Below are positions 1 to 10,451 of a stretch of DNA of 64,000 bases, piece by piece. Each line of letters begins with the position of its first letter. Position 1 is the first letter of the stretch. Made by a program: the position numbers and the translations under genes. The stretch covers positions 1 through 64,000 of the IMG/VR virus record IMGVR_UViG_3300027963_000035. The stretch is one strand, 5' to 3'. A model generated the notes under the pieces. That model was given only the letters and a program-made list of their open reading frames with translations. It made no database searches and was not told the origin of the DNA.

Positions 1-216
1 CCCAAGGTTTACAAGGAACCCAAGGTTTACAAGGAACCCAAGGTTTACAAGGAACCCAAGGTTTACAAGGAACCCAAGGTTTACAAGGAACCCAAGGTTT
101 ACAAGGAACCCAAGGTTTACAAGGAACCCAAGGTTTACAAGGAACCCAAGGTTTACAAGGAACCCAAGGTTTACAAGGAACCCAAGGTTTACAAGGAACC
201 CAAGGTTTACAAGGAA
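1..216 (+). repeat. Perfect 18-bp coding tandem repeat (cccaaggtttacaaggaa) x12, Gly-X-Y collagen
   Basis: Twelve identical copies read directly from the sequence. Confidence 0.97.
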
Positions 217-917
217 CAACTGGCAGTCAGGGAATTCAGGGCGTTCAAGGTTTAACCGGCCCAGTTGCAGGATCAGCAAATCAAATAGTATATAAAAATG
301 CTAGTGATAGTCCTGCTGGAACAGGATTATTCACATTCACAGAAAGTGGATCAATATTTCAAATTGACAATATTAGAATTGATGGCAATACAATATCTGT
401 TACTAACGGCGCTAATATTACTTTATATGATAGTGCCAGTATATCATCTAATGATGGTGCTAATATTACTTTAACTGATAATATTGAAATATCATGCGGA
501 GGTGATATCGGCTTAAATGGAGCTTCTATCATCTTAACATGTGATCCTTCAGCAACTATAGAACTAAATGGGCCAGTTAATGTTAATGGCGATCTTACTT
601 TTGATAGTTATACTGAAAGTGTTGTAGCTAATGGTAATAGTGGAGCTAGTAAAACTCTAAGTTTGGCCAGTGGAACTGTTCATACTTGTACCCTAACGAA
701 CAACTGCACATTCACTATGCCAACAGCAACTGCAGGAAAGAGTTTTAGCTTATTCCTTAATAGCGGCTCTGGAAATTATATGGCCACTTTTACTGGAGTA
801 AGATGGGCTGATAGTGCCACTCCTACAGCAACTATTACTGCTAGTAAAGTTGATATATATAGTTTTATTAGTGATGGCTCTTTTTGGTATGGTAGTTTCT
901 CTCAGAATTATGGTTAA
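3..917 (+). CDS. Collagen-like tail fibre/virion protein, 5' truncated by the window edge
   Basis: The frame is open from nt 3 (caa ggt tta caa gga acc = QGLQGT repeats, Gly every third residue) through to the track ORF 663..917, which is in the same frame. It ends at TAA 915-917. Confidence 0.85.
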   Translation, partial: QGLQGTQGLQGTQGLQGTQGLQGTQGLQGTQGLQGTQGLQGTQGLQGTQGLQGTQGLQGTQGLQGTQGLQGTTGSQGIQGVQGLTGPVAGSANQIVYKNASDSPAGTGLFTFTESGSIFQIDNIRIDGNTISVTNGANITLYDSASISSNDGANITLTDNIEISCGGDIGLNGASIILTCDPSATIELNGPVNVNGDLTFDSYTESVVANGNSGASKTLSLASGTVHTCTLTNNCTFTMPTATAGKSFSLFLNSGSGNYMATFTGVRWADSATPTATITASKVDIYSFISDGSFWYGSFSQNYG

Positions 918-922
918 AAATT

Positions 923-1984
923 ATGTTTAGTATAAGACAAAATTTCACTCAACGATCCACACGACTTCCCAAAAAAAGTCAACTGTTGACTTTAAATACT
1001 GCTTATTTAGCTCAACCATTTGTAAAAGTTGTTGGTAAAAACCAGAACACATTGGGCTTGGATGTATCATACAACGCACAGCCTTTTGTTGCTGCCTATA
1101 ATAATAGATTGAACGGTCTGGAGAGGACCGTATCCAATCATATGGAAGTTGACAAATGGCTTGCTAACATCTATTGGAATGCTGGAAGTGCAAACTCCAC
1201 AACAATAGCAGCATTAAATACTTTTTGCAATGCAATAGATAATGCGGGAATAAGAATCAAATTTTATCGTCTTAATTTATTTTGTGGCAACAACCTACAA
1301 GCATGTTGTGTTCCACTATACACAAGCACATCTTATTATGATCAATCTTTAGGCTTGGCCGTAGATATGAACAACGGTTTTGTTAGTGGTGATTATAATG
1401 AAACGGGATCTAATGGAGGATTGTTGGGAGATGGAACAAGCAAGCATTTAAGAACAGGACTAAGACCAGATAAGTTGCCATCTGGATTTGAATATAATTG
1501 TCACTTATCTGCTTATCGTAAAACAGCCGGCAATACTCAAGCCCTTATGGGATCATATTATTACGATACTTCAATTACTGCCAATAGGCATAATTATGAA
1601 ATATCTCAAAATAGCATTAGTCTTAATACAACTGGAGGACCAACAATTCCAACAATAAGTGGTTATCCTGCGTTTCAACTGGGAATTCGCTACTCTTCTT
1701 CAAATGCTATAGCCTATACTAATTCAACTGCCGGAACACCCTACACAGCTTCTATAACAGCATTTGCTACAAATGTGCCTTTCACAATATTCGGTAGAAA
1801 TTTAATCACAGGATCTCCGCCATCAGATGGAGGACAATCTGCTTTTGGAACATACACTGTCACTTTTCTAACAACATCTTTACTTGCAGGATACTCTATA
1901 GGATCCTCATTATCTTCATCAGAAGCAGTAGCATTTTATAATGCAATTCAAGCATTTCAAACATCTTTAGGTAGGAACGTATAA
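923..1984 (+). CDS. Virion structural/tail-associated protein, probable lectin-like beta-sandwich
   Basis: 353 aa ORF, rich in S/T/G/N, lying between fibre genes. It has a duplicated YxAQPFV N-terminal motif. Confidence 0.55.
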   Translation: MFSIRQNFTQRSTRLPKKSQLLTLNTAYLAQPFVKVVGKNQNTLGLDVSYNAQPFVAAYNNRLNGLERTVSNHMEVDKWLANIYWNAGSANSTTIAALNTFCNAIDNAGIRIKFYRLNLFCGNNLQACCVPLYTSTSYYDQSLGLAVDMNNGFVSGDYNETGSNGGLLGDGTSKHLRTGLRPDKLPSGFEYNCHLSAYRKTAGNTQALMGSYYYDTSITANRHNYEISQNSISLNTTGGPTIPTISGYPAFQLGIRYSSSNAIAYTNSTAGTPYTASITAFATNVPFTIFGRNLITGSPPSDGGQSAFGTYTVTFLTTSLLAGYSIGSSLSSSEAVAFYNAIQAFQTSLGRNV

Positions 1985-4900
1985 TGCCAACATTTTTTTT
2001 AGACTACGAAAATGGAAACGACAATTACTCAGGAACTAGCTTTGCTTTACTAGCAAGTGCGGCAGACGGAGCAACAACAGCAGGATCCAGTTCTGTTTTT
2101 GGAACGTTCTCTTCAGCAAGTGCAAATTTTTTAAATAATGGAACATTGGCCCCAACAAAAAATCTTGCTTGGTATTCTAATTGCATGTACTTGAATAGCA
2201 CAGCCACAGCATCATTTATAGAAAAAGATTTAACAATCGGGCCCAGCGGAGTAGATGCCTCCGTATATAAATTGATGGAAGACAGTCAAACTAGCTCAGG
2301 ACATTGGTGGGCCAGCACCACATGGTACAATCCATTTGCTGCAACAACTCAGTATACGGTATCTGTGTATGTTAAGGCTGCTGAGAAAAATAAGGTAATT
2401 TTAAGACTAGACAATGATGCCAAGGCCGCAAGGTTTAATCTTAGTAGTGGAACAGTAGAGCAGACCGGGGCAAGTGCAACATCATCAATAAGCAGCATAG
2501 GAAACGGATGGTATAGAATATCCATAACAGCTACCACTACTGGAGCATCAGATAATATTCAAATTATTCTCATACCAAGTAGCAATACCGGGTTGGCTAT
2601 TACCTCCTATGACGGAGATAGCATTAGTGGAATATATTTATGCGGCTTACAAATAGAACAAGCATCATCAGCAACAGCATATGAAAAACCTCCGGAACAA
2701 TATTTGAGTTTATTTAATGGAACAAGCTATATAGCATACCATATAGTTCAAAGGATAAGTTCTACTAGCTTAAGAATAAACCAAACTCCAACATCAGCAA
2801 CAGCAGTATCGTCCCAAAGCAGTAGGCAATATTATATTGGTGGAAGATGGAAAACCTTTTCTAGCACAGGAGCATCGGCCACAAGATTGGCAAGTGATGA
2901 CACTTTACGAATAATGAGTAGTACCGATCCCACTAGTATTGGCAGTGGTACTTGGGTGGGTTCAAAAATGCAAGGAAGTTCTAGTATAAATAGTACCACA
3001 AATGCATCTCCTATTGTTGTAAGTTGTGCTAGTAGTATGGCTACTTTAGGAATAAGCAATGGAGATACTGTTGTATTAACTGGCCATACAACTAACACTA
3101 ATGCTAACGGAACATGGGAGGTCACTAGTGTTAGTGGATCTACTTGCGCTCTTGTAGGATCAACAGGAAACGGAGTTGGAGGAACTGTTGGATTTTTAAG
3201 AAAAGTTTCCAATCAAAGAGTAATATTATCATCATCCCCAATAGTTAATATTGCTAGTCACGGAAATAGAGGCAACGGAAGAACAGCATGGACAGCACAG
3301 ACTGCCGACATAACAACATCTTTGGCTACTACTGATGTTTTGGGTGGCATTAAAGAGGGCGACTGCTCAGATTCCATAGCGGTTGGAGCAAACTTCACCA
3401 CGGGATTGGCATCATACAAAGCTACCGGAACTTTGAATCTTAGCGGATACCAACAAATCAGTTTTTGGATAAAACAAATATCAGGCACAATCGGAGCATC
3501 TGGAGCATTGTCTTTAAAGTTATGCTCTGACACAGCAGGGGCAACAGCAGTAAACACATTCAACATTGAAAACTTGACGGTACTCAATAGATGGACTCCA
3601 ATAACCATAGATCTTGCTACCAACTTAGGATCAAGCATTCAGAGTATAGGATTCTATGTGAATACTGACAACGGCGCTCAAACATTCGTATTATCTAATA
3701 TTATTGCTTGCAAAGCAAGTTCTAGTGCAGATAGTCTCAATCTTTGTTCTTTGATTGGTAAAAATACTAGCGGAGAAACTTGGTGTGGAATCCAAAGTAT
3801 TAATGGAACAAGAGTAATGCTAGATACTAGTGGACAATTTGGACCTGTCACGATTGGATCCACTAACATACAGATACCAGGATATTACGGAACTAGTGAA
3901 ACAGTAACAACATATAAAAGAGAAACAATAAAGGTACCATTAGCGGCGGCAACTTCATCACAATCCTCTTTATTAAACTTTCAAATCGGAGGTCGAGCAC
4001 CACAATCTGCAGGAGTAGGTAATCCAATAATTTACTCTTTTGGTTGGAATAGAACTGATATGAGCACCAGAACAGGAGAAAGTTGGTTTGATGGAAGAAA
4101 TGGATTTGGTTTTGGAAATTATTCTTACTATATTGGGATGTTAACAGTAGATAGAGCTTGCTTTGTTAGATTTTATTATGGACTATTCTTGCCGGGCAAT
4201 ATGTATTCTATAGCTACTAACTGTCATTGCAATAATTGCGATCAATATGGCTTGTATGCTAGAGAACATATACGTTTCACATACGATACAATTTATTGTT
4301 GCTATTCTGGTGCTGGAGGACTTTTTGCATTCAGTCAGCCAGGACAAACAATTTTTAGAAATATGGTTGTATGTAGTAATAATGGAGCAGGTATCACATA
4401 CTACAATGCTATTTATAGTATATTAGATACTTTCACAATTAAAAATAATATTAATGGAATAGGTATTATTCAAGCTCATAATTTAACTGCAAATAATGGG
4501 ACGATATCCGATAGTTGGCAATATGGAGTAGACAATAATGGTCTTGGACATAGTAATGTTTTCAAAAATATTACATTTTCGACCAATACTACAGCATCTC
4601 ATAGAACTAATACTGGCGGACCATCATACTTTATTAATTGTGCTATGAATGATACTACTGAAGTTAGTGTTGCGAGTGTAGGATATGGTAATAATTCTAA
4701 GGTATTCTCTCACAACCATGACCAAACAAATAATCTTCACTATATATGGTGCGAATTCGGATTGATATACAGCACAACATCAGTGAGATACAGCAATAAT
4801 GGAATAGCCTGGGCGATGGCTCCTACAAACGTTAACGTAAGATCAATTAACTTTCCTTTAGATCTTAGTTTAGCAACAGTTGCTGTAAGTGCTAATAGTC

Positions 4901-5151
4901 AGGTTACTGTTAAGGCTTGGATGAGAAGAAGTGCTTTTGGCTTAGTTATGAGATTAAGAGTGAAAGGTGGACAAATAGCAGGAGTAACCAATGACGTGAC
5001 AGGCTATATGACTGCTGCGGCTAATACTTGGGAGCAAGTTTCTTTAAGCTTCACTCCTACTGAAGCTGGTGTTGTCGAAATACTAGCAGAGTGCTGGGGA
5101 GGCAGTACATTTACTGGATATGTTGATGATCTTACTATAATACAAATATGA
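1984..5151 (+). CDS. Tail fibre/receptor-binding protein with carbohydrate-binding modules and a beta-helix region
   Basis: 1055 aa, S/T/G-rich. It has CBM-like segments (GWYRISIT, NTWEQVSLSFTP) and Asn/Gly beta-helix-like repeats. Its start overlaps the upstream stop (TAATG). Confidence 0.75.
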   Translation: MPTFFLDYENGNDNYSGTSFALLASAADGATTAGSSSVFGTFSSASANFLNNGTLAPTKNLAWYSNCMYLNSTATASFIEKDLTIGPSGVDASVYKLMEDSQTSSGHWWASTTWYNPFAATTQYTVSVYVKAAEKNKVILRLDNDAKAARFNLSSGTVEQTGASATSSISSIGNGWYRISITATTTGASDNIQIILIPSSNTGLAITSYDGDSISGIYLCGLQIEQASSATAYEKPPEQYLSLFNGTSYIAYHIVQRISSTSLRINQTPTSATAVSSQSSRQYYIGGRWKTFSSTGASATRLASDDTLRIMSSTDPTSIGSGTWVGSKMQGSSSINSTTNASPIVVSCASSMATLGISNGDTVVLTGHTTNTNANGTWEVTSVSGSTCALVGSTGNGVGGTVGFLRKVSNQRVILSSSPIVNIASHGNRGNGRTAWTAQTADITTSLATTDVLGGIKEGDCSDSIAVGANFTTGLASYKATGTLNLSGYQQISFWIKQISGTIGASGALSLKLCSDTAGATAVNTFNIENLTVLNRWTPITIDLATNLGSSIQSIGFYVNTDNGAQTFVLSNIIACKASSSADSLNLCSLIGKNTSGETWCGIQSINGTRVMLDTSGQFGPVTIGSTNIQIPGYYGTSETVTTYKRETIKVPLAAATSSQSSLLNFQIGGRAPQSAGVGNPIIYSFGWNRTDMSTRTGESWFDGRNGFGFGNYSYYIGMLTVDRACFVRFYYGLFLPGNMYSIATNCHCNNCDQYGLYAREHIRFTYDTIYCCYSGAGGLFAFSQPGQTIFRNMVVCSNNGAGITYYNAIYSILDTFTIKNNINGIGIIQAHNLTANNGTISDSWQYGVDNNGLGHSNVFKNITFSTNTTASHRTNTGGPSYFINCAMNDTTEVSVASVGYGNNSKVFSHNHDQTNNLHYIWCEFGLIYSTTSVRYSNNGIAWAMAPTNVNVRSINFPLDLSLATVAVSANSQVTVKAWMRRSAFGLVMRLRVKGGQIAGVTNDVTGYMTAAANTWEQVSLSFTPTEAGVVEILAECWGGSTFTGYVDDLTIIQI

Positions 5152-5160
5152 GGTAAAAAT

Positions 5161-5340
5161 ATGGATTATAAAATTACTGAAGTCTTTCTTGATGAAGCCA
5201 ATAAATATATAACAAGAGTGGTTGTCGATGAAAACTCAACTCAGTTCTTTAAATTTGACCATTATCCAACTCAAGAAGAAGTTAATGAATTAGTTGGTGG
5301 CTATTTAGAATCTTTAAAAAACGATCAAATAATACTATAA
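5161..5340 (+). CDS. Small protein (59 aa, MDYKITEVFLDEANK...) downstream of the fibre; possible fibre chaperone
   Basis: Read by hand (below the ORF-track cutoff). A GAGGT Shine-Dalgarno lies at 5150-5154 and the stop is TAA 5338-5340. Confidence 0.7.
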   Translation: MDYKITEVFLDEANKYITRVVVDENSTQFFKFDHYPTQEEVNELVGGYLESLKNDQIIL

Positions 5341-5374
5341 TAATTTAAATACCTGCCTGCGTTAGAATATTATT

Positions 5375-6175
5375 ATGAAAAAGTTTAGTTTTATAAGTGG
5401 TTTACCAAGAAGTGGTAGTACTCTTTTATGTAATATATTGGCACAAAATAACGATCTTTTTGTTAGTAAAGCTACTAGCGGGTGCCATGACGTTCTTTTT
5501 GGAGTCAGAAACCAATGGGACAAGTTAATAGAGCACCAAGCAGAAGGCGTTGACCATGATCAGTTAAAAAGAGTTTTAAAATCAATTTTAGAAAACTACC
5601 ACACAACTAATAAAAATTTTATAATAGATAAAGGCAGAGGCTGGCTTAGTCTTATAGAGATGGTGCAATTCATTATTGATGAAAAACCTAAAATAATAGC
5701 CCCGGTAAGAAATATAAGCGATATACTATCTAGTTTTGAAAAACTATGGAGAAAAAGCACTGGCTTCTCTCAGTGGAATTTTGAACAAAATGAATACTTC
5801 AAGGCTCAAACTGTAGAGGGACGATGTGAAATATGGAGCAGTGCAGCTCAACCTGTAGGATTAGCTTACAATAGAATTAAAGATGCTATATCAAGAGGTT
5901 ATAAAAATGATATTTTATTTTTGGAATTTGAGGAGTTGACCAACTACCCAGGTCAAACTATGAAGAAAATTTATGATTATTTAGAATTGCCATATTATAT
6001 TCACAATTTTACTAACATAGTACAGGTGACAAAAGAGGATGATTCCGGTGTTCATAGAATACCGGGTTTGCATAACATAAGACCCGTTTTGGATCCGGTG
6101 CCCAGTGATGCTGACAAAGTTTTAGGAAATTTTTTATTAAACAAATACTCTAATTTAGAAATATGGAGAAATTAA
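5375..6175 (+). CDS. Sulfotransferase (PAPS-dependent)
   Basis: 5'-PSB loop ISGLPRSGSTLL, 3'-PB-like VRNISDILSS, and FEELTNYPGQTMKKIYDYLEL. Confidence 0.9.
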   Translation: MKKFSFISGLPRSGSTLLCNILAQNNDLFVSKATSGCHDVLFGVRNQWDKLIEHQAEGVDHDQLKRVLKSILENYHTTNKNFIIDKGRGWLSLIEMVQFIIDEKPKIIAPVRNISDILSSFEKLWRKSTGFSQWNFEQNEYFKAQTVEGRCEIWSSAAQPVGLAYNRIKDAISRGYKNDILFLEFEELTNYPGQTMKKIYDYLELPYYIHNFTNIVQVTKEDDSGVHRIPGLHNIRPVLDPVPSDADKVLGNFLLNKYSNLEIWRN

Positions 6176-6176
6176 T

Positions 6177-6629
6177 ATGGGAATATTAGATAACAACAGC
6201 CAGCAACCGTCAGAGATGGTTGCGAATAGAATTAAAAATCAAACTCGTCAAACATATGTTATGATGGTAAATGCTTTTAACGAAGGAGCTAGGATATTTT
6301 GGCGAAATCCACGAGGATTACTACCAATAGAGATAACTACAGCTTTAGGCAAAGATGCAAAAGAAGTTTTTGAACTTCATGGTAAATTAGGTCAATTATT
6401 ATGGTCTATAAAACCAGAAGATATATCTGAAGGTTTGTCTTTAGTTGGAAGTTTTTCTTATAATGAAGATGGAACTGTAACTGTAGAACCACCTGCTACT
6501 GAACCACCTGCTACTGAACCACCTGCTACTGAACCACCTGCTACTGAACCACCTGCTACTGAACCACCTGCTACTGAACCACCTGCTACTGAACCACCTG
6601 CTACTGAACCACCTGAGCTTGGTCAATAA
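6177..6629 (+). CDS. Hypothetical protein with a C-terminal (EPPAT)n tail
   Basis: 150 aa ORF coupled to its neighbours. Confidence 0.7.
   Translation: MGILDNNSQQPSEMVANRIKNQTRQTYVMMVNAFNEGARIFWRNPRGLLPIEITTALGKDAKEVFELHGKLGQLLWSIKPEDISEGLSLVGSFSYNEDGTVTVEPPATEPPATEPPATEPPATEPPATEPPATEPPATEPPATEPPELGQ
6486..6615 (+). repeat. 15-bp coding tandem repeat gaaccacctgctact x8 plus a partial copy (EPPAT)
   Basis: Identical copies read directly from the sequence. Confidence 0.95.
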
Positions 6630-6631
6630 TT

Positions 6632-7612
6632 ATGTTAGTTAAAAACTGTGTGGAGAATGGGGGCTTTATAGCTCCTTTGATTGTTCCTATTGATTCTATG
6701 ATAGGTCCATCATTAACCAATCCTACTATATATATTAATAAAATTGGAGAGATTTTTGTCAACCTCAGGAATCTTAATTATGTGCTATATCATAGCGAGA
6801 ATGGAGTTTTTGAGCACAGTTGGGGACCACTTTGTTATCTTCATCAAGAAAATGATCAAAGGTTGGTAACAAATAATATTTTATGTAAATTAGATGAAAA
6901 CTTTAATATAAAAGATAGTAAAATTATAGACACCACTTTTTTGGATGAAAATCCTATGTGGGAATTCGTTGGATTGGAAGACGGAAGATTAGTTGAGTGG
7001 GATGATAAGTTATTTTTAAGCGGAGTCAGAAGAGATACTACGGTAAACGGCGTTGGAAGAATGGAGTTGTCTGAGATAGTTTATAAAAAAGATAAGTTAA
7101 TAGAAAAGAGTAGATTACGTATTCCCGCACCGGGCATTGACAATAGTTATTGTGAAAAAAATTGGATGCCAGTTTTAAATAAAAAGTATACTTATGTTAA
7201 ATGGACAAACCCAACGGAAGTTGTTGAAGTAAATCCTGAAGATAAAACATGCAAAACAATCGTATTGAATGAATATAAAAAGTTAGAAACCGGAGATCTT
7301 AGAGGTGGCTCCCAGCTTTTATTTTTAAACGATAATTATTTGGCCATAGTTCATGAAGTAAATTTATATAGCTCAGAAGCTGGAAGAAAAAATGCAATAT
7401 ACACACATAGATTTGTTGTGTGGAATAAAGATTTTGAAATTATTGAGATCTCAGATTCTTTTTCATTTATGGGGGCAAAAATTGAATTCTGTTGTGGCAT
7501 GGCCGACTATAAAGATAAATTATTAATAACTTTTGGATTCCAAGATAATGCGGCCTATATTTTGGGAATGCCAAAAAATATATTAGGAAAATTTTTAAAA
7601 ACTTATGAATAA
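6632..7612 (+). CDS. Five-bladed beta-propeller glycosidase/phosphorylase-like protein (GH130/GH43-like)
   Basis: Motifs GLEDGRL, CEKNWMP, LRGGSQL and IEFCCGM, typical of viral GH130-like proteins found beside glycosyltransferases. Confidence 0.7.
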   Translation: MLVKNCVENGGFIAPLIVPIDSMIGPSLTNPTIYINKIGEIFVNLRNLNYVLYHSENGVFEHSWGPLCYLHQENDQRLVTNNILCKLDENFNIKDSKIIDTTFLDENPMWEFVGLEDGRLVEWDDKLFLSGVRRDTTVNGVGRMELSEIVYKKDKLIEKSRLRIPAPGIDNSYCEKNWMPVLNKKYTYVKWTNPTEVVEVNPEDKTCKTIVLNEYKKLETGDLRGGSQLLFLNDNYLAIVHEVNLYSSEAGRKNAIYTHRFVVWNKDFEIIEISDSFSFMGAKIEFCCGMADYKDKLLITFGFQDNAAYILGMPKNILGKFLKTYE

Positions 7613-8867
7613 AGAATTATTAGATTACATAAAAGACTCTGATAAAGATAAAACTAATTTTAATCTAGCATTGTGGTATGAAAACCAAAAACACCTTGCA
7701 CCGGCCTGTAGTTATTATTTAAGGTGCGCAGAACTTACTAAAGATGAAAATTTAGCATATGAATGCTTATTAAGACTTTACTTGTGTTACTATAATTTAT
7801 CAAATAGAGGTTATACTTGTGAAAATTTATTAAAAAGTGCTATTAATTTGAAGCCAAAAAGCCCAGAGGCATATTTTTTCTTAAGTCAATTTTTTGAAAG
7901 AAAACAAAATTGGATGGATGGATACTTATATGCTTCGATAGCTCTGGAGACTACAAATTGTCTCCCTTCTAATTTAATAACTACTTTTGAGTATTCATCA
8001 AAATACATGCTTGTTTTTCAAAAGGCGGTTTGTTCTTGGTGGTATGGAAAGCCAAAAGAAGCAAGAAAACTTCTTAGAAAATTAAAAGATGAATATGGAG
8101 ATCAACTTAATGAAACTTATTTAAAGTTGGTAGAAACGAACCTGATCACATTGGGCTCTGGCTCTGTTGAGCAGAGTTCTGCTACTTATTCCAAAAATTC
8201 TGATTTTGATTTGAGTTTTAAGTTTGAAGGATCTGACAATATTGAAAGAAATTTCTCTCAGGTTTATCAAGATCTTTTTGTTCTTGCTGCTTTGAATGGA
8301 AAGAAAAATGGAACCTACTTAGAGATAGGTTCTGCCCATTCTCTTCATAATAGTAACACAGCTTTACTGGAAAGAGAATTTGGATGGACTGGCGTTGGCA
8401 TAGAGATGAAACGTGAGTTAGTTGATATGCATGATAGAGAAAGAACCAATAAAGTTTTATGCGAAAATGCTCTAAAGATAAATTATGAAGAACTTTTGAG
8501 AAATAATTTTTCCAATAATGTTATTGATTATTTACAAATAGATATTGAACCTTGTAAAAACACATTTGAAGCATTACTATTAATTCCATTCGATAAATAT
8601 AAGTTCAAAGTAATAACATATGAACACGATCACTATGTCGATATAACAAGAAGCTTCAGAGATAAATCTAGAAGATATTTGAGAAGCATGGGATATACTC
8701 TTGTCTTTAATGATATATCTCCTTATGAAGATTGTAGTTTTGAAGATTGGTGGGTTCATAAAGATTTAATTGATAATTCAATATTTAAAAAATTAATTTC
8801 TACTCCTAAGCGTGAAATTAATTTAGCTAAAGATATAATGCTTAAAAAAAAAAAAATAATAAACTAA
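7605..8867 (+). CDS. TPR-like N-terminus plus FkbM-family SAM methyltransferase
   Basis: Helical TPR-like repeats, followed by YLEIGS, GVGIE, IDYLQIDIEP and VITYEHD. It ends just after an A13 run. Confidence 0.75.
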   Translation: MNKELLDYIKDSDKDKTNFNLALWYENQKHLAPACSYYLRCAELTKDENLAYECLLRLYLCYYNLSNRGYTCENLLKSAINLKPKSPEAYFFLSQFFERKQNWMDGYLYASIALETTNCLPSNLITTFEYSSKYMLVFQKAVCSWWYGKPKEARKLLRKLKDEYGDQLNETYLKLVETNLITLGSGSVEQSSATYSKNSDFDLSFKFEGSDNIERNFSQVYQDLFVLAALNGKKNGTYLEIGSAHSLHNSNTALLEREFGWTGVGIEMKRELVDMHDRERTNKVLCENALKINYEELLRNNFSNNVIDYLQIDIEPCKNTFEALLLIPFDKYKFKVITYEHDHYVDITRSFRDKSRRYLRSMGYTLVFNDISPYEDCSFEDWWVHKDLIDNSIFKKLISTPKREINLAKDIMLKKKKIIN

Positions 8868-10165
8868 AAGGAATAGGTCCTGTTAATTTTATTGGTATTG
8901 AAGAATCTTTAGAAAGAAGAGAAAATCTTAAAAAACAATTTTTGAGTCATGGAATAACAAATTTAATTCCTCATATATTTAAAAGGTATCATGAATATAA
9001 TTATAAGTTGAATGGAAATCTCGTTGATAAATTACATGAAAATAGTAAAGGCCCCATAACATCTCACATCAAAGCTCTAAAAAAATGGTATGACTCTACA
9101 AAAGAAGATTATACATTTTTTTGTGAAGATGATCTTTCATTAGAACCTGTGTCTTATTGGAACTTTACATGGGAAGAGTTTATCGATAGTCTTCCAAATA
9201 ATTGGGAGTGCGTTCAATTATCTTGGATACGCCCAAATAATGTCGATGTAGAATTTAGACAAAGACTAGCGGATGATTGGGGTGCAGCGGCATATTTGAT
9301 AAAAAGAGAGTATGCTAAAAAGATAATAGACAGTTATTATGTCAATGAAAATGAATTTAATCTGGACATAAATAATAATTTAATCCCCATTGTAGAAAAC
9401 ATAGTTTTTTCTGGGTTGGGTACAGTCTATAATATTCCAATATTTGTAGAAGACGTAAAAAATGTAAAATCAACATATCTTGGTAAAGATCCTACAGAAA
9501 TAAATGGACAGGGAGAATATCACTGGGATTCTTATAATTGGATAATTAATTGGTGGAAGAATAAGGGTCAATATATCAATCTTAATGATATGATTAAAAA
9601 AATTCCTCATATTTATGATAAGCCTCAGTTTGGAGAAAATTGGTTCACATACGCCAAACTATACAGAGATATGGTTCTTAGTTCATCCTCGGGCAGTCGA
9701 TTTGTTGAAGTTGGGTCTTGGAAGGGAAAATCTTCTAGCTTTATGGCTGTGGAAATTGCAAATTCAAATAAGAATATAGAATTTTATTGTGTTGATACTT
9801 GGATGGGAAGCTCGGAGCACAAGGAAATAAAAGAAATAGACTCTTTATATGAAACCTTTATCCAGAATATGAAACCACTGGAAGGGTATTACATTCCAAT
9901 TAAAAAACCTTCTATTGAAGCCGCAAATCAATTTCAAGATCATTCTTTGGACTTCGTGTTTATAGATGCATCTCATGAATATGAGGATGTTAAAAATGAT
10001 ATAAAGGCTTGGCTTCCAAAAGTAAAGAAAAATGGAATACTAGCTGGTCACGATTATTACACTGGTGAACAAAACTATCATCCTGGTGTAAAAAAGGCTG
10101 TCCATGAATGTTTAAATAACTTTATAACTTATGATGATTGTTTTGTATATAAAAATAATTTATAA
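8846..10165 (+). CDS. Glycosyltransferase family 25-like domain fused to a class I (Methyltransf_24-like) methyltransferase; no in-frame ATG start
   Basis: The frame is open from 8846, and the GT25-like N-motif (VNFIGIEESLERRENL) lies upstream of the track start 8942. It also has FFCEDD (DxD-like) and WGAAAYLI, then VEVGSWKGKSS, DFVFIDASH and LAGHDY. Confidence 0.7.
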   Translation, partial: KKKNNKLKGIGPVNFIGIEESLERRENLKKQFLSHGITNLIPHIFKRYHEYNYKLNGNLVDKLHENSKGPITSHIKALKKWYDSTKEDYTFFCEDDLSLEPVSYWNFTWEEFIDSLPNNWECVQLSWIRPNNVDVEFRQRLADDWGAAAYLIKREYAKKIIDSYYVNENEFNLDINNNLIPIVENIVFSGLGTVYNIPIFVEDVKNVKSTYLGKDPTEINGQGEYHWDSYNWIINWWKNKGQYINLNDMIKKIPHIYDKPQFGENWFTYAKLYRDMVLSSSSGSRFVEVGSWKGKSSSFMAVEIANSNKNIEFYCVDTWMGSSEHKEIKEIDSLYETFIQNMKPLEGYYIPIKKPSIEAANQFQDHSLDFVFIDASHEYEDVKNDIKAWLPKVKKNGILAGHDYYTGEQNYHPGVKKAVHECLNNFITYDDCFVYKNNL

Positions 10166-10181
10166 TTTAATATATATTCAT

Positions 10182-10451
10182 ATGAAAAAGTTTAAAGATT
10201 ACATTAAAGATAAAAAAGACCACAATGTTATATTGACCGGATTAAATGTTGACGAAAATTTTTGGAATAATTTTCTTTTGGTTATCAATAATAGTCAAGG
10301 ATTATCTGATCTTTTAGGAGTTTCTAAAAATAAGATTTCAACTTGGAACAAAAAAATAAGAGATGCTTTAAAAGAACATGAAAATAGAGATCAAAAAGTT
10401 TTAAGAAATAAAAAGATCATCAGAACTGGTCTTAAAAATTCTTCCAAATAA
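10182..10451 (+). CDS. Hypothetical protein with a CTS-like N-terminus (MKKFKDYIKD)
   Basis: Internal ATG of track ORF 10131..10451. Confidence 0.6.
   Translation: MKKFKDYIKDKKDHNVILTGLNVDENFWNNFLLVINNSQGLSDLLGVSKNKISTWNKKIRDALKEHENRDQKVLRNKKIIRTGLKNSSK

Noticed and set aside
1-216. Tandem 18-mers as a CRISPR array or terminal repeat
   Set aside because: There are no spacers, and the repeat is an in-frame Gly-X-Y coding sequence.
2025-3869. Antisense ORFs within fibre 1984..5151, and similar shadow ORFs across the window (e.g. 6441..6626, 17229..17537, 30332..30617, 54452..54895)
   Set aside because: They are reverse-frame or alternate-frame shadows of biased or repetitive coding sequence, with no Shine-Dalgarno or family motifs.
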